Shown here in pieces: positions 37,335-47,314 of a stretch of DNA of 64,000 bases. This DNA is from Balanoglossus misakiensis (lineage: Eukaryota > Animalia > Hemichordata): assembly GCA_040954595.2 (NCBI GenBank), contig CM082576.2:19329028-19393027 (forward strand), read 5' to 3'. Each line of letters begins with the position of its first letter. Positions within the stretch are counted from its first letter, which is position 1. A model generated the notes under the pieces. That model had not been told where the DNA came from. It did no database searches and was given only the letters and a program-made list of their open reading frames with translations. The position numbers were made by a program, and so were the translations under genes.

Positions 37335-38592
37335 AACCAATTCTATGCCCTCATTTCTCCCCTCCCCAACAAATTCTATGCCCTCATTTCTCCCCTCCCA
37401 AGAATGGCGGCAACAAATTCTATGCCCTCATTTCTCCCCTCCCAAGAATGGCGGCACCAAATTCCATGCCCCCATTTCTCCACCCCAAGAATGGCGACAC
37501 CAAATTCTATGCCCTCATTTCTCCCCTCCCAAGAATGGCGGCACCAAATTCTATGCCCTCATTTCTCCCCTCCCAAGAATGGCGGCACCAAATTCTATGC
37601 CCTCATTTCTCCCCTCCCAAGAATGGCGGCAACAAATTCCATGCCCCCATTTCTCCCCTCCCAAGAATGGCGGCAACAAATTCCATGCCCCCATTTCTCC
37701 CCTCCCAAGAATGGCGGCAACAAATTACATGCCCCCATTTCTCCCCTCCCAAGAATGGCGGCAACAAATTCCATGCCCCCATTTCTCCCCTCCCAAGAAT
37801 GGCGGCAACAAATTCTATGCCCCCATTTCTCCCCTCCCAAGAATGGCGGCAACAAATTCTATGCCCCCATTTCTCCCCTCCCAAGAATGACGACAACAAA
37901 TTGTATGCCCCCATTTCTCCCCTCCCAAGAATGGCGGCAACAAATTGTATGCCCCCATTTCTCCCCTCCCAAGAATGGCGGCAACAAATTCTATGCCCCC
38001 ATTTCTCCCCTCCCAAGAATGGCGGCAACAAATTCTATGCCCCCATTTCTCCCCTCCCAAGAATGGCGGCAACAAATTCTATGCCCCCATTTCTCCCCTC
38101 CCAAGAATGGCGGCAACAAATTCTATGCCCCATTTCTCCCCTCCCAAGAATGGCGGCAACAAATTGTATGCCCTCATTTCTACCCTCCCAAGAATGGCGG
38201 CAACAAATAGTATGCCCTCATTTCTACCCTCCCAAGAATGGCGGCAACAAATTCTATGCCCCCATTTCTCCCCTCCCAAGAATGGCGGCAACAAATTCCA
38301 TGCCCTCATTTCTCCCCTCCCAAGAATGGCGGCAACAAATTCCATGCCCCCATTTCTCCCCTCCCAAGAATGGCGGCAACAAATTCTATGCCCCCATTTC
38401 TCCCCTCCCCAACAAATTCTATACCCTCATTTCTCCCCTCCCTAACAAATTCTACGCCCCATATCTCCCCTCCCAAGAATGGCGGCACCAAATTCTATGC
38501 CCTCATTTCTCCCCTCCCAAGAATGGGGGCACCAAATTCTATGCCCTCATTTCTCCCCTCCCAAAATTGGCGGCAACAAATTCTATCCCCTC
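37335..38592. repeat. Right subterminal tandem array, 44-bp unit in inverted orientation, ~29 copies
   Basis: Unit TATGCCCTCATTTCTCCCCTCCCAAGAATGGCGGCAACAAATTC is the reverse complement of the left-array unit; both arrays end outward in the same variant GAGGGGATAGAATTTG. Confidence 0.97.
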
Positions 38593-39709
38593 ATTCTCCT
38601 CATTCACCATGATGCTATAATTACCAAACTTTCCGCAAAAACTAATTGAATGTACCGGATTTTTCCAAAATGTGCTAAATTTATGGTAAAAAAATACATT
38701 ATTAGTTGTGATATTTCTATATGATGTGAATTACAGAGATTTTGTGGAAGAAAATGTACAAATTAAGGTGTCACATTGATTTTTGCATTTTGTTTATGAT
38801 AAAAGTTAATAAACAGCATATCTCATTTTTAGAAAATATATCTCACGGTGTTGGCAATCACGGTACGTGTTCAGTACACAGACAGGGAGAAAAGTTTCCC
38901 CATGCAATACATGTGTTCAGTAAGGTTTGACCTTGGTTTTACTTTGTACCATGATCGCCGCTTTCTAAGCATGGATGAACGACGGCGGTCAGACCCAATC
39001 GAACCCTTTCATGTCAGATGACCACGGTATCTCCAGTGTGAGATGACATTTGACAAACCATTTGATTTCGACAAAATCTTCGCGTCGTCAACGCGTCGCA
39101 TACCAGTCGCATATCGGTATTTACCCAATCATAAAAGTTGGAAATTCGGGAGACTCGATCTGCAACCAAGTTGAGAGTAAATTTTGACGTTTGACTATTG
39201 GCAAGTAAACAGGTTACACAATGACTTGTCGGTTTTTCCTCCGTCATGGTCGTTCTTGACCCAAGTGTCCTTCCTTGACATTTAGACACACCTTGCGGTA
39301 TGACCTTGGTGGTCATGTGCAATTAGTTTTCTTGTATAAGACGCTTTTCATGCCGGGGTAGACGACTTGTGCGTGGATCATCAACATTTCAGTGATATTT
39401 CAACGCAAAGTTTTAGCAATATTGAGAAAACAGGTAGTGAGGTGTCAAATGCATATCAATGTACGAAAATTAGGTCAAGCCACCCGACAGCAACCGCTTT
39501 CACACAGTGTCGGACGTTGCACGGAATGTGAAACGTTACACTGCTTCGGCCGTTCACATGCACCTGGGCGTGGTTTTGATTGATGGTCAAACGCCCCCAC
39601 GTACTTTGGGCGTTTTCAATGGTAAATGTGTCGTATTGATCGAAACCTTGCCGTAAACACATTTTTTTGCTGAATCAACATTCAGAGTTCAGCCGTCTAG
39701 TTAACGAAG

Positions 39710-40209
39710 TGTTACGCCCTCATACACCCGCATTTTAACCGTTTTGTTTGGTTGCGTAATAAATAAAATTATTGTGGTCCCTGGAACCAAAATTATAGCG
39801 TACCTCACGTGTTGGAGTCAAGCGGCGATGGCGTTGGAATTTTATTACCTAGATACAACAAATACTATGACGATATTATGATTTTATTACCTAGAGATGG
39901 ACATCGTATGATCCAGCATGAAGCATTGAACTTTCTAATTTTAGAAAATGACTCATTGTAAGCTGATGCAATTTTGACTTTAAAATATGAGTATTGTACA
40001 CTTTTGAGTTGATTCAACTTGGAGGAGCCTTGAGTAACGGTTCGATGATTAAAGCCTGAGTTGATGATTTGAAATTGAACACTTTGTGTCCGCCTCAGTT
40101 ACTGAAAGTATTACGATCCTGAGTGGTACCTCGACTGACTTTAGACTCTACGAACTGACAGTGAGTAAGAGTCTACATCGAAATAACGACGAATTAGGAG
40201 ACGGTAACA
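39710..40209 (+). repeat. 5' LTR
   Basis: TGTTACGCCC...GACGGTAACA; appears identical to the 3' LTR; preceded by GAAG. Confidence 0.97.
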
Positions 40210-40212
40210 AAT

Positions 40213-40228
40213 TGGTGGAGACATCCGG
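40213..40228 (+). promoter_or_regulatory. Primer-binding site (tRNA-Ala-like)
   Basis: TGGTGGAGAC 3 nt after the LTR; complementary to a tRNA 3' end ...CUCCACCA. The tRNA identity is inferred. Confidence 0.75.
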
Positions 40229-40250
40229 AGTAACTGAGCGACACGAATAT

Positions 40251-41369
40251 ATGATCCTACGATCCGGAAGAATAAATCGACCGAGAGAAAATACAATGGC
40301 TGAACCTATCATCGCTAACATCAATGACGGCATGGACTACCCACCAGAACAACCCGGTGAGGTTGATAGGCGCCTAAACGAAGTACTCCAGCGTATGGAG
40401 AGGATCCAGGACCGAGAGCGAAGAGACCATTTGGACAACCTGGATGCCCTAGGTAGGCAGTTTTCTAACATTAATATGGGAGTAAACATCATGCCACCTA
40501 AGTATACTGGGCGAGAAAGTGATTCCCCACAGAAATGGTTGAGAAAATTCGAGATGTATGTCAACCTCAAGCAGGTTCAGCGGGCCAACATCATCGACGT
40601 ATTTGGTCTGCTGATGGCCGACGAGGCTGAACGATGGTTTACGTCCCAGCCAGACGAGATGATGCGTAACTGGAACGCTTTAAGAGAAGAGTTCTTGGAG
40701 CGTTTCACGAAACAGGGGCCCAGATGGCGCAGCGACCAAGAGCTGCGTAACGTCCGCCAAGAACCAGGTGAGTCGGTAGAAGCTTTTGCAGGCCGACTGA
40801 AAGACAAGTGCGATCGGTACGGTCGTAACGACGTCGAGTTGCTGAGCCACTTCCTACATGGGTTGCGACCTAAGCTGATGAAGTTCGTCGCTGGAAGAGA
40901 TCCAGAAGATTTCAAGTCAGCGTTCGCCTTCGCCAAGACTGGGGAGCTGGTGGTCGACCTGCCCGATGAAGAAGTCAAGTCTACATCGAGGGACTCTGAC
41001 CTGACTAAACTACTACTGATGCTGGCGGAACAGAATCAGAGGCTGGCGACCGGAAAAGATAAAGATCAAGAACCGGCACCAAGAGCAAGTCAAGCAAGTG
41101 GTACGGTACGTGGCGGTAATAATTATCAAGGATATTCCAGAAACACTTATAGACAATCAGATAGGATTTATTCTGGGAGAAATAATGATCGAGCTAGAGT
41201 CTATGGAAATAGACTTGTAGATCATGATCAAGTCGTATGCTATTCATGTGGTGTCGCTGGACACATCAGTTCAGCCTGTCCAACTAGAAGGGCTGACACA
41301 AGGGTTTGCTATAATTGTGGTCGTCAAGGTCACATTTCCCGTAATTGTTCCCAGCGAAAAAACGAGTAG
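40251..41369 (+). CDS. gag: Gag with two CCHC zinc knuckles
   Basis: PPKYTGRESDSPQKWLRKFE, QEPGESVEAFAGRL, CYSCGVAGHISSAC, CYNCGRQGHISRNC; start at 40251 or 40296. Confidence 0.93.
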   Translation: MILRSGRINRPRENTMAEPIIANINDGMDYPPEQPGEVDRRLNEVLQRMERIQDRERRDHLDNLDALGRQFSNINMGVNIMPPKYTGRESDSPQKWLRKFEMYVNLKQVQRANIIDVFGLLMADEAERWFTSQPDEMMRNWNALREEFLERFTKQGPRWRSDQELRNVRQEPGESVEAFAGRLKDKCDRYGRNDVELLSHFLHGLRPKLMKFVAGRDPEDFKSAFAFAKTGELVVDLPDEEVKSTSRDSDLTKLLLMLAEQNQRLATGKDKDQEPAPRASQASGTVRGGNNYQGYSRNTYRQSDRIYSGRNNDRARVYGNRLVDHDQVVCYSCGVAGHISSACPTRRADTRVCYNCGRQGHISRNCSQRKNE

Positions 41370-44300
41370 TGCCGGCAGGATCTAAGTATAAGAAATTTGA
41401 GAGAGGTACCTGTGAACGGCCGGGAAAGGATAAAAGTGTAAAGGAAGTATGTAATTTAGATATTGATGATAAATGTATAAAAGGAATCAATATAATTAAT
41501 GTATGTATTAAGTCGTATAATATTTCAGCTCTAGTTGATACAGGCGCAGCTATCACGGTTGCTCCTGTGAGTTTATTGTCGAAAATTCCGAAATTACGTA
41601 ATTGTAAAATGTATCCATCGGCTTTTACAGCGATAAAGCTGGCCGATGACCGCCAAATTCCCATTAAGGGGATTATCAATGTAGATGTAAAAATCAATGG
41701 GAAAAGAGCACAAATGTCTATTCATATTGTAGAAGAATTGAATCAGAAGTTAATAATTGGTGTTGATTTTCTCACTAAATATAGAGCTGTTATTGATTTT
41801 GCTAGTAAGAAGTTAAAACTTCGTTCTGCTTTGGTTGTCAAGGCTACCCAAGGCTTCTCTGTTCCACCTCGTTCAGAATGTTTGTTTTTCGGCAAACTTA
41901 ACAACCGTATGCCCGATGGAATTCTCGGTCATACAGAAACAACTAAAAATCTAAGCCATTTGGGAGTTGCGACAGCAAGAGTTTTGGATGTAACAAAGGG
42001 GGACGAAGTTACGGTAAGGGTGGTAAATACGGGTGATAATGATGTTTTCATTAAAAAGGGGACGAAATTGGGAACCTTTTGTATGTTACCTGCAGGTGCT
42101 ACGGTCCATAAATTGGATGCGAGTACCGATGATTATAGGGGGGATATGTGGAGAAAGAAGGCCAGAGAGGATTTAATGAGTAAATTTGATTTTTGTGATT
42201 CGTCTTTAACTGACCAGCAAACAGAAGATTTACAAAGAGTGTTATGGCGTAATCAAGCAGCTTTTGTGGGTGATGATAAGAAATTGGGGTATTGTGATGC
42301 TATAAAACATAAAATTGAGTTGCTGCCGAATGCTCAACCTATAAAAATGCCTCCTTATAGAGTAGATCCAGTGAAACGTAAAGTGATAGAGAAAGAAGTT
42401 GATAATTTACTTTCCCAAGGTATAATTTCACCAAGCACTTCTCAATTTTCTAGCCCAGTGGTACTTGTGAAGAAACCATCAGGTGAATATCGCTTTTGTG
42501 TCGACTACAGGAAGGTCAACGCTATAACCAAGCCCGATGTCTTCCCTATCCCAAACTTAACAGAGTCCCTGGAAATGATCGGTGATCAAAACCCCCAATA
42601 TTTCTCTACTTTAGATATGATGTCTGGATTTTGGCAAATAGCCATCGATGAACGGGATACTCATAAGACCGCTTTTGTCTGTCATGATGGTTTGTATGAA
42701 TTTAATCGGCTTCCCCAAGGTATGCGTAATTCTGCTAATTCTTTCCAACGTACTATGCAGTTTATTTTCAGGAATATGCTGTGGAGATACGTGTTGGTGT
42801 ATATCGATGATCTGATTATTTTCTCAAGGTCTTTTGACGAACACCTGCGACACCTTGACGCAGTTTTGTCTCGTCTTCGGGAAGCTGGATTGAAGTTGCG
42901 TCCTCAGAAGTGTTCTTTCGGCAAGAAACAAGTGAAATTTCTTGGACACCTGTTGGATAAGGATGGAATTTCTGTTGATCCTAAGAAAGTGAGTGCTGTT
43001 CAAGATTTTCCTGTTCCTAAGAATGTGTCAGATGTTCGTGCATTTTTGGGTTGTGTTGGTTTTTATCGTCGTTTCATCCGTGATTTTGCTAAGATTGCTA
43101 ATCCCCTTCATAAGTTGTTCAAGAAGGATGTTCGATTTAGTTGGAATGATGATTGTCAAGAGGCGTTTGATTTTCTTAAGAAAGCTTTGGTTACAGCTCC
43201 AGTTCTCGGTTATCCACAGTTTGGAAAACCATTTAAGTTGTACACAGATGCCTCGTCTCACAGTGTCGGGTTCATATTGACACAAGAGCAGGACGGCTGT
43301 GAAAGACCAATTGTATACGGGGGGCGTTCCCTTAGCCCAGCTCAGCAGCGGTACACCACTACAGAAAGAGAAGCTATCGCAGTCATAAATGGCCTGAGCC
43401 ACTGCGATCCCTATCTACGTTCTACTAGGTTCCAGATAATTACTGACCATGCTAATCTCCCTTATTTGTTCAAGATAAAGAAACCTTCAGGTAGAATTGC
43501 AAGGTGGATACTTAAAGTGCAGGGGTATGATTTTGAAATTATCCACAAGCCTGGTAAATCAATTGCTCATGCTGATGGGTTGTCCCGTCGACAATATTCT
43601 GATATTTGTGATAATAGTTCTGATTTCAGTGGGTCTGACTTGTTTGACGAAAAGCTTGAAGTGAATAACGACAATGACAGTGACATGACACGACAATCGA
43701 CCAATACACCTGACAGTGCTGCCGCGCCACAAGAGAATGAGAATATGACGTCATCGGTAGCGCTAAATCAAATAGAACTCGCGTCGGATGATGTAGTTAC
43801 TGACGTGCAACGGTTATACGACGATAGCGAAGTAAAATCAACGGAAAACGAACAGATCGGTCGCGGTAGTAACGACTCCAATTCTAATAGAAAGCGCAGC
43901 GAATCGGAAAGTAGTGACGACGTCGAGGAATACAACGAAGTTGAAAACAAAATAAAGAAATCGCAAAGGGAAGACCCTGATTTAGAGAAATGGTTTGCAT
44001 TTATCGAGCGAAACGAATTACCGGAGAATGATAAATTAGCGCGATACGTTGCGAGCGACAGTGATAATTACGTGATTATCAATGGTGTATTATATCGTTA
44101 TTGGAACGCGACGGGAAAAGCGGCTAAGAAAGAGAAATTCATTCGACAGTTAGTTGTTCCAAAATCACTGCAACTTTATATTCTTCAGAGAATGCATGAT
44201 GATATTACAGCTGGTCACCAAGGAGTCAGTCGGACGTTGGAGACCATACGGTTGCGATATTTTTGGAAGAACATGATCAAAGACATCACTGATTACGTGA

Positions 44301-45721
44301 ACTCGTGCGTGCATTGCCATTCGCGAAAGCGCGGTACACGCGGCAACGCCCCTTTACTTCCAATCCCTGTAGCTTCGGTTATGCAACGAATGGGCGTCGA
44401 TTTCTTAGGTCCCTTGAAACAAACGAAGCGCGGTAATAAATACATACTGGTGTTTACTGAGTACCTGACTAAATTTAGTTTAGCGTTTGCAACGGAAGAT
44501 ATGAAGGCTGAGACTGTAGCTAGAATCATGTTTGAACAGGTCCTTTGTTTATTCGGTTTCCCTAGCATTTTAATTTCGGACCAAGGATCGGCATTTATGT
44601 CTCAAATAGTAAAAGAGATTTGCCGATACTTTGAAATTACAAAGAAAACAACCAGTCCCTACCATCCACAAACAAATGGAATGTGTGAAAGACAAAATTC
44701 CAGTATTTTGAGCATGTTGTCCATGTATGTTTCAGAAAGAGAGGATGATTGGGATATGTATTTGGCCTCCGTAATGTTCGCGTATCGAGCGAGTCCACAC
44801 GACACCACCGGAATCAGCCCCTTTCGAGCCATGTTCGGTAGCGAAGTTCGACTTCCGGTTGACGTAGAAATTTTGCCACAGCCAGGAAAATCGCGAAACG
44901 TCGATTTCCATTTGAAAGACTTGGCTCAGAAAAGAAACATAGCGATCGGTCTAGCCAAGGAAAATATCCAGAAGGCACAAACCGCGATGAAAGAGAGATA
45001 CGATCGAAAAGTAAAAGACGTCATAAAGTTCAAAGTGGGCGATGCTGTCTATTTGTACAATCCAGCAGTGGCAGTGGGAAGAAGTCCAAAGTTTGCTCAT
45101 AAATACAGGGGACCATATAGGATTAGTGCCCAGGTCTCCCCGGTAAATTATCGCTTGCAATATATCGATGACGGAAAGCCGTATCCGAAGGTCGTTCATG
45201 TGAACAGGTTAAAGTTCGCGCACTTACGCCCCGAACGACTTCTAGAGTCACAATCAACTCAGTACAGCGCGGACGAAAGTGAATCGGATCACGACGCGAA
45301 TAACGCGCCCGAAAGACAAGACCAGGAACGAGTAGATTATCATTTGAATTCGGACACCGACATTTATTATAGTGCCAGTGAAACACACGAGGAAATTACC
45401 GAACGGTACTCAGGTAGAATACGCAGACGTCGCGCGATTCGTAAGCGGGCCGAGGAACGATTAACTCAGAAGTCAGATACGCACAATACAGATAATGAAT
45501 CTCCAGACGATGGCAAAAACAACTATTTTGGCATCGAGAAAATTGAAAAAGGGAGATACCGAAATGGAAAATTAGAGTATTTAATAAAATGGCGTGGTTA
45601 CGATGTCAAACATAACACGTGGGAACCAGCTGAAAATCTTAACGAGGCGGCATTGGAAAGTTTGAAGCGCAACCCTGTACCGATCACAGGAACGCCTACT
45701 CGTAAAATTCGGCAAAGTTAA
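41345..45721 (+). CDS. pol: Pol: protease, dUTPase-like spacer, RT, RNase H, integrase, chromodomain; -1 frame relative to gag
   Basis: ALVDTGA; RFCVDYRKVN, YIDD; YTDAS..EREA..ITDH; HHCC Zn finger, GVDFLGP..SDQG..GMCER; GPY; YLIKWRGYDVKHNTWEPAENL. Uninterrupted 1458 codons. Confidence 0.97.
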   Translation: MFPAKKRVVPAGSKYKKFERGTCERPGKDKSVKEVCNLDIDDKCIKGINIINVCIKSYNISALVDTGAAITVAPVSLLSKIPKLRNCKMYPSAFTAIKLADDRQIPIKGIINVDVKINGKRAQMSIHIVEELNQKLIIGVDFLTKYRAVIDFASKKLKLRSALVVKATQGFSVPPRSECLFFGKLNNRMPDGILGHTETTKNLSHLGVATARVLDVTKGDEVTVRVVNTGDNDVFIKKGTKLGTFCMLPAGATVHKLDASTDDYRGDMWRKKAREDLMSKFDFCDSSLTDQQTEDLQRVLWRNQAAFVGDDKKLGYCDAIKHKIELLPNAQPIKMPPYRVDPVKRKVIEKEVDNLLSQGIISPSTSQFSSPVVLVKKPSGEYRFCVDYRKVNAITKPDVFPIPNLTESLEMIGDQNPQYFSTLDMMSGFWQIAIDERDTHKTAFVCHDGLYEFNRLPQGMRNSANSFQRTMQFIFRNMLWRYVLVYIDDLIIFSRSFDEHLRHLDAVLSRLREAGLKLRPQKCSFGKKQVKFLGHLLDKDGISVDPKKVSAVQDFPVPKNVSDVRAFLGCVGFYRRFIRDFAKIANPLHKLFKKDVRFSWNDDCQEAFDFLKKALVTAPVLGYPQFGKPFKLYTDASSHSVGFILTQEQDGCERPIVYGGRSLSPAQQRYTTTEREAIAVINGLSHCDPYLRSTRFQIITDHANLPYLFKIKKPSGRIARWILKVQGYDFEIIHKPGKSIAHADGLSRRQYSDICDNSSDFSGSDLFDEKLEVNNDNDSDMTRQSTNTPDSAAAPQENENMTSSVALNQIELASDDVVTDVQRLYDDSEVKSTENEQIGRGSNDSNSNRKRSESESSDDVEEYNEVENKIKKSQREDPDLEKWFAFIERNELPENDKLARYVASDSDNYVIINGVLYRYWNATGKAAKKEKFIRQLVVPKSLQLYILQRMHDDITAGHQGVSRTLETIRLRYFWKNMIKDITDYVNSCVHCHSRKRGTRGNAPLLPIPVASVMQRMGVDFLGPLKQTKRGNKYILVFTEYLTKFSLAFATEDMKAETVARIMFEQVLCLFGFPSILISDQGSAFMSQIVKEICRYFEITKKTTSPYHPQTNGMCERQNSSILSMLSMYVSEREDDWDMYLASVMFAYRASPHDTTGISPFRAMFGSEVRLPVDVEILPQPGKSRNVDFHLKDLAQKRNIAIGLAKENIQKAQTAMKERYDRKVKDVIKFKVGDAVYLYNPAVAVGRSPKFAHKYRGPYRISAQVSPVNYRLQYIDDGKPYPKVVHVNRLKFAHLRPERLLESQSTQYSADESESDHDANNAPERQDQERVDYHLNSDTDIYYSASETHEEITERYSGRIRRRRAIRKRAEERLTQKSDTHNTDNESPDDGKNNYFGIEKIEKGRYRNGKLEYLIKWRGYDVKHNTWEPAENLNEAALESLKRNPVPITGTPTRKIRQS

Positions 45722-45913
45722 GAAATATGTATTTGAGCAAGAAAAGAATGAAAATGCGTCATAGTCGTAAAATTCATCTCTTTTGTCAACATCATACTCG
45801 TTTTTCTCTAGAGATTACTCCTATATAGCGTGATCCTCATCTTAGATAGTCGCGATGCCGCGTATTTATTGCACCCCTTTTCTCTTACGTAAGCCTAGTG
45901 TCCACCGCATGAC

Positions 45914-46963
45914 TTGGAATATGTACATAAGCTGAACTTCCCGTTTCTGTTAAGTCTGTATAATGCTACGTTTCTTTTCCCCTCTTACAATTATTCCTCT
46001 GATGCCCCGTGGTCTATCGAATTACCCGATGTTGACGTCGTTGAAGGTCGATGGTCTCGTGCGTTGAACCGTGATAAAGAGATAAGGTTTGACCTCGACG
46101 CTATGGCTGAAACAATGAAGAAGCATTCGCAGGTATTTGTTAATCCCCTGGATCAGTACGCCTATGAGACGTCCCTGTTCGAGAATGCCCCATGGATAAA
46201 TCAAGTGTCTACGTTCGTGCTCCCCTTGATGACCGTTCTATCGATCATAACTTTCGTTATAGCGCTGTATGGTTTGATGCGTGTACAACGGTTATGGTCT
46301 AAGTTGCTGTCCCTCGGGTGTATACCTGGAGCTAAGGCTGGTAATCCATACGTGATTCCATGGTCCCGTACGACCGAGTCGCCCGAGGAACCAACACGGT
46401 CTTTGGCTGATATCATTTCAGATAGTCATGTGTCCGTATTTGGGATTAGTGCTGGTACGGTTGGTATATGTGCTTTGGCCCTTGTTGTATGTTACTGTTG
46501 TTATAGGTGTTATTGTAAGCGGTCCCGATGCTGGTCGTCTGGTTCTGCTAGAAGTAATACTGATGATTCTGCCCCCTTAAGAGAGTCTCAAGGTGAAAGT
46601 ACTGTTGCCACGGTCGACGTTGCTATCCAGTGGGAACCTGATGTTGTGTCTGTGGGTTGTCAGCATACGCCAACTACTGTAGATATTGGTGTGGTCACAC
46701 AACGAGTTACCTTCCAAGATGGCCCGCATCATGTTCGCCCCCTTGTCCATGATCCTGTTCCTCCCCTGTCACGCCAATCTCTAGAGACCGTCCTAGCCAC
46801 TTTGAATATCGACACAAGGGATTTCCCTGATATTCCCCTTACTGGAGTTTCGAATGAGGCCCCTGATAGCGATAATAGTCCCAATGAATATCGTGATGAT
46901 CAGGAATTATTACTAGCAAGTAATGATGCCTCTCGTTCTCCAACATACTGGCCCAGATTTTAA
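45914..46963 (+). CDS. ORF3, membrane protein; probable N-terminally deleted env-like gene
   Basis: 349 open codons between pol and the 3' LTR; two hydrophobic segments (FVLPLMTVLSIITFVIALYGLM; VFGISAGTVGICALALVVC) followed by Cys-rich YCCYRCYC; no ATG at the ORF start. Confidence 0.65.
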   Translation: MEYVHKLNFPFLLSLYNATFLFPSYNYSSDAPWSIELPDVDVVEGRWSRALNRDKEIRFDLDAMAETMKKHSQVFVNPLDQYAYETSLFENAPWINQVSTFVLPLMTVLSIITFVIALYGLMRVQRLWSKLLSLGCIPGAKAGNPYVIPWSRTTESPEEPTRSLADIISDSHVSVFGISAGTVGICALALVVCYCCYRCYCKRSRCWSSGSARSNTDDSAPLRESQGESTVATVDVAIQWEPDVVSVGCQHTPTTVDIGVVTQRVTFQDGPHHVRPLVHDPVPPLSRQSLETVLATLNIDTRDFPDIPLTGVSNEAPDSDNSPNEYRDDQELLLASNDASRSPTYWPRF

Positions 46964-47092
46964 CGGTTTGCTCGTAGAATTATGAATAGATTGTTGAACA
47001 TGTCACTATTTTTCCCATATATTTACTTTAGAAATAAGAATTATGTATTTTAGAATTCGTATACATATTATGAGGCATTTTAATTGAAATTG

Positions 47093-47137
<45 letters not shown>

Positions 47138-47299
47138 TACTATGTTAACTATTATTTACCCATATTAATCATCTCATGTATTTTCTTTTTATTTTGAGTT
47201 ATTTAGATACGAGAATTTATTGGAATTATTACTCTCCTAGGACATAGAAGTTCAACGTCCCGCCGATCTTCATTTGGACCAGCGAGGACGCTGGTTATT

Positions 47300-47314
47300 A
47301 AAAGGGTGGAAGAG
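47300..47314 (+). promoter_or_regulatory. Polypurine tract
   Basis: AAAAGGGTGGAAGAG abutting the 3' LTR. Confidence 0.85.

Larger units (their letters stand above)
19000..38852. mobile_element. 19,853-bp autonomous DNA transposon (Sola-like DDD transposase plus ParB/MTase-fold passenger gene)
   Basis: Perfect 25-bp TIR AACACCGTGAGATATATTTTCTAAA (19000-19024 / 38828-38852), extending to ~33 bp with 2 mismatches. TSD GGCA (18996-18999 / 38853-38856), alternatively TGGCAA with a 1-bp shorter TIR. Inverted subterminal 44-bp arrays; intact transposase inside. Confidence 0.9.

Noticed and set aside
19404-38592. Array outer edges (GAG...CTC) as the transposon termini
   Set aside because: Flanks TTAG and ATTC are not a TSD; the outer TIR pair at 19000/38852 has one.
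37228-38620. Repeat ORFs in the right array
   Set aside because: Same artefact in the opposite orientation.
40086-40250. N-terminal extension of gag and the twin ORF at 47691
   Set aside because: GTG start inside the LTR; LTR read-through rather than coding sequence.
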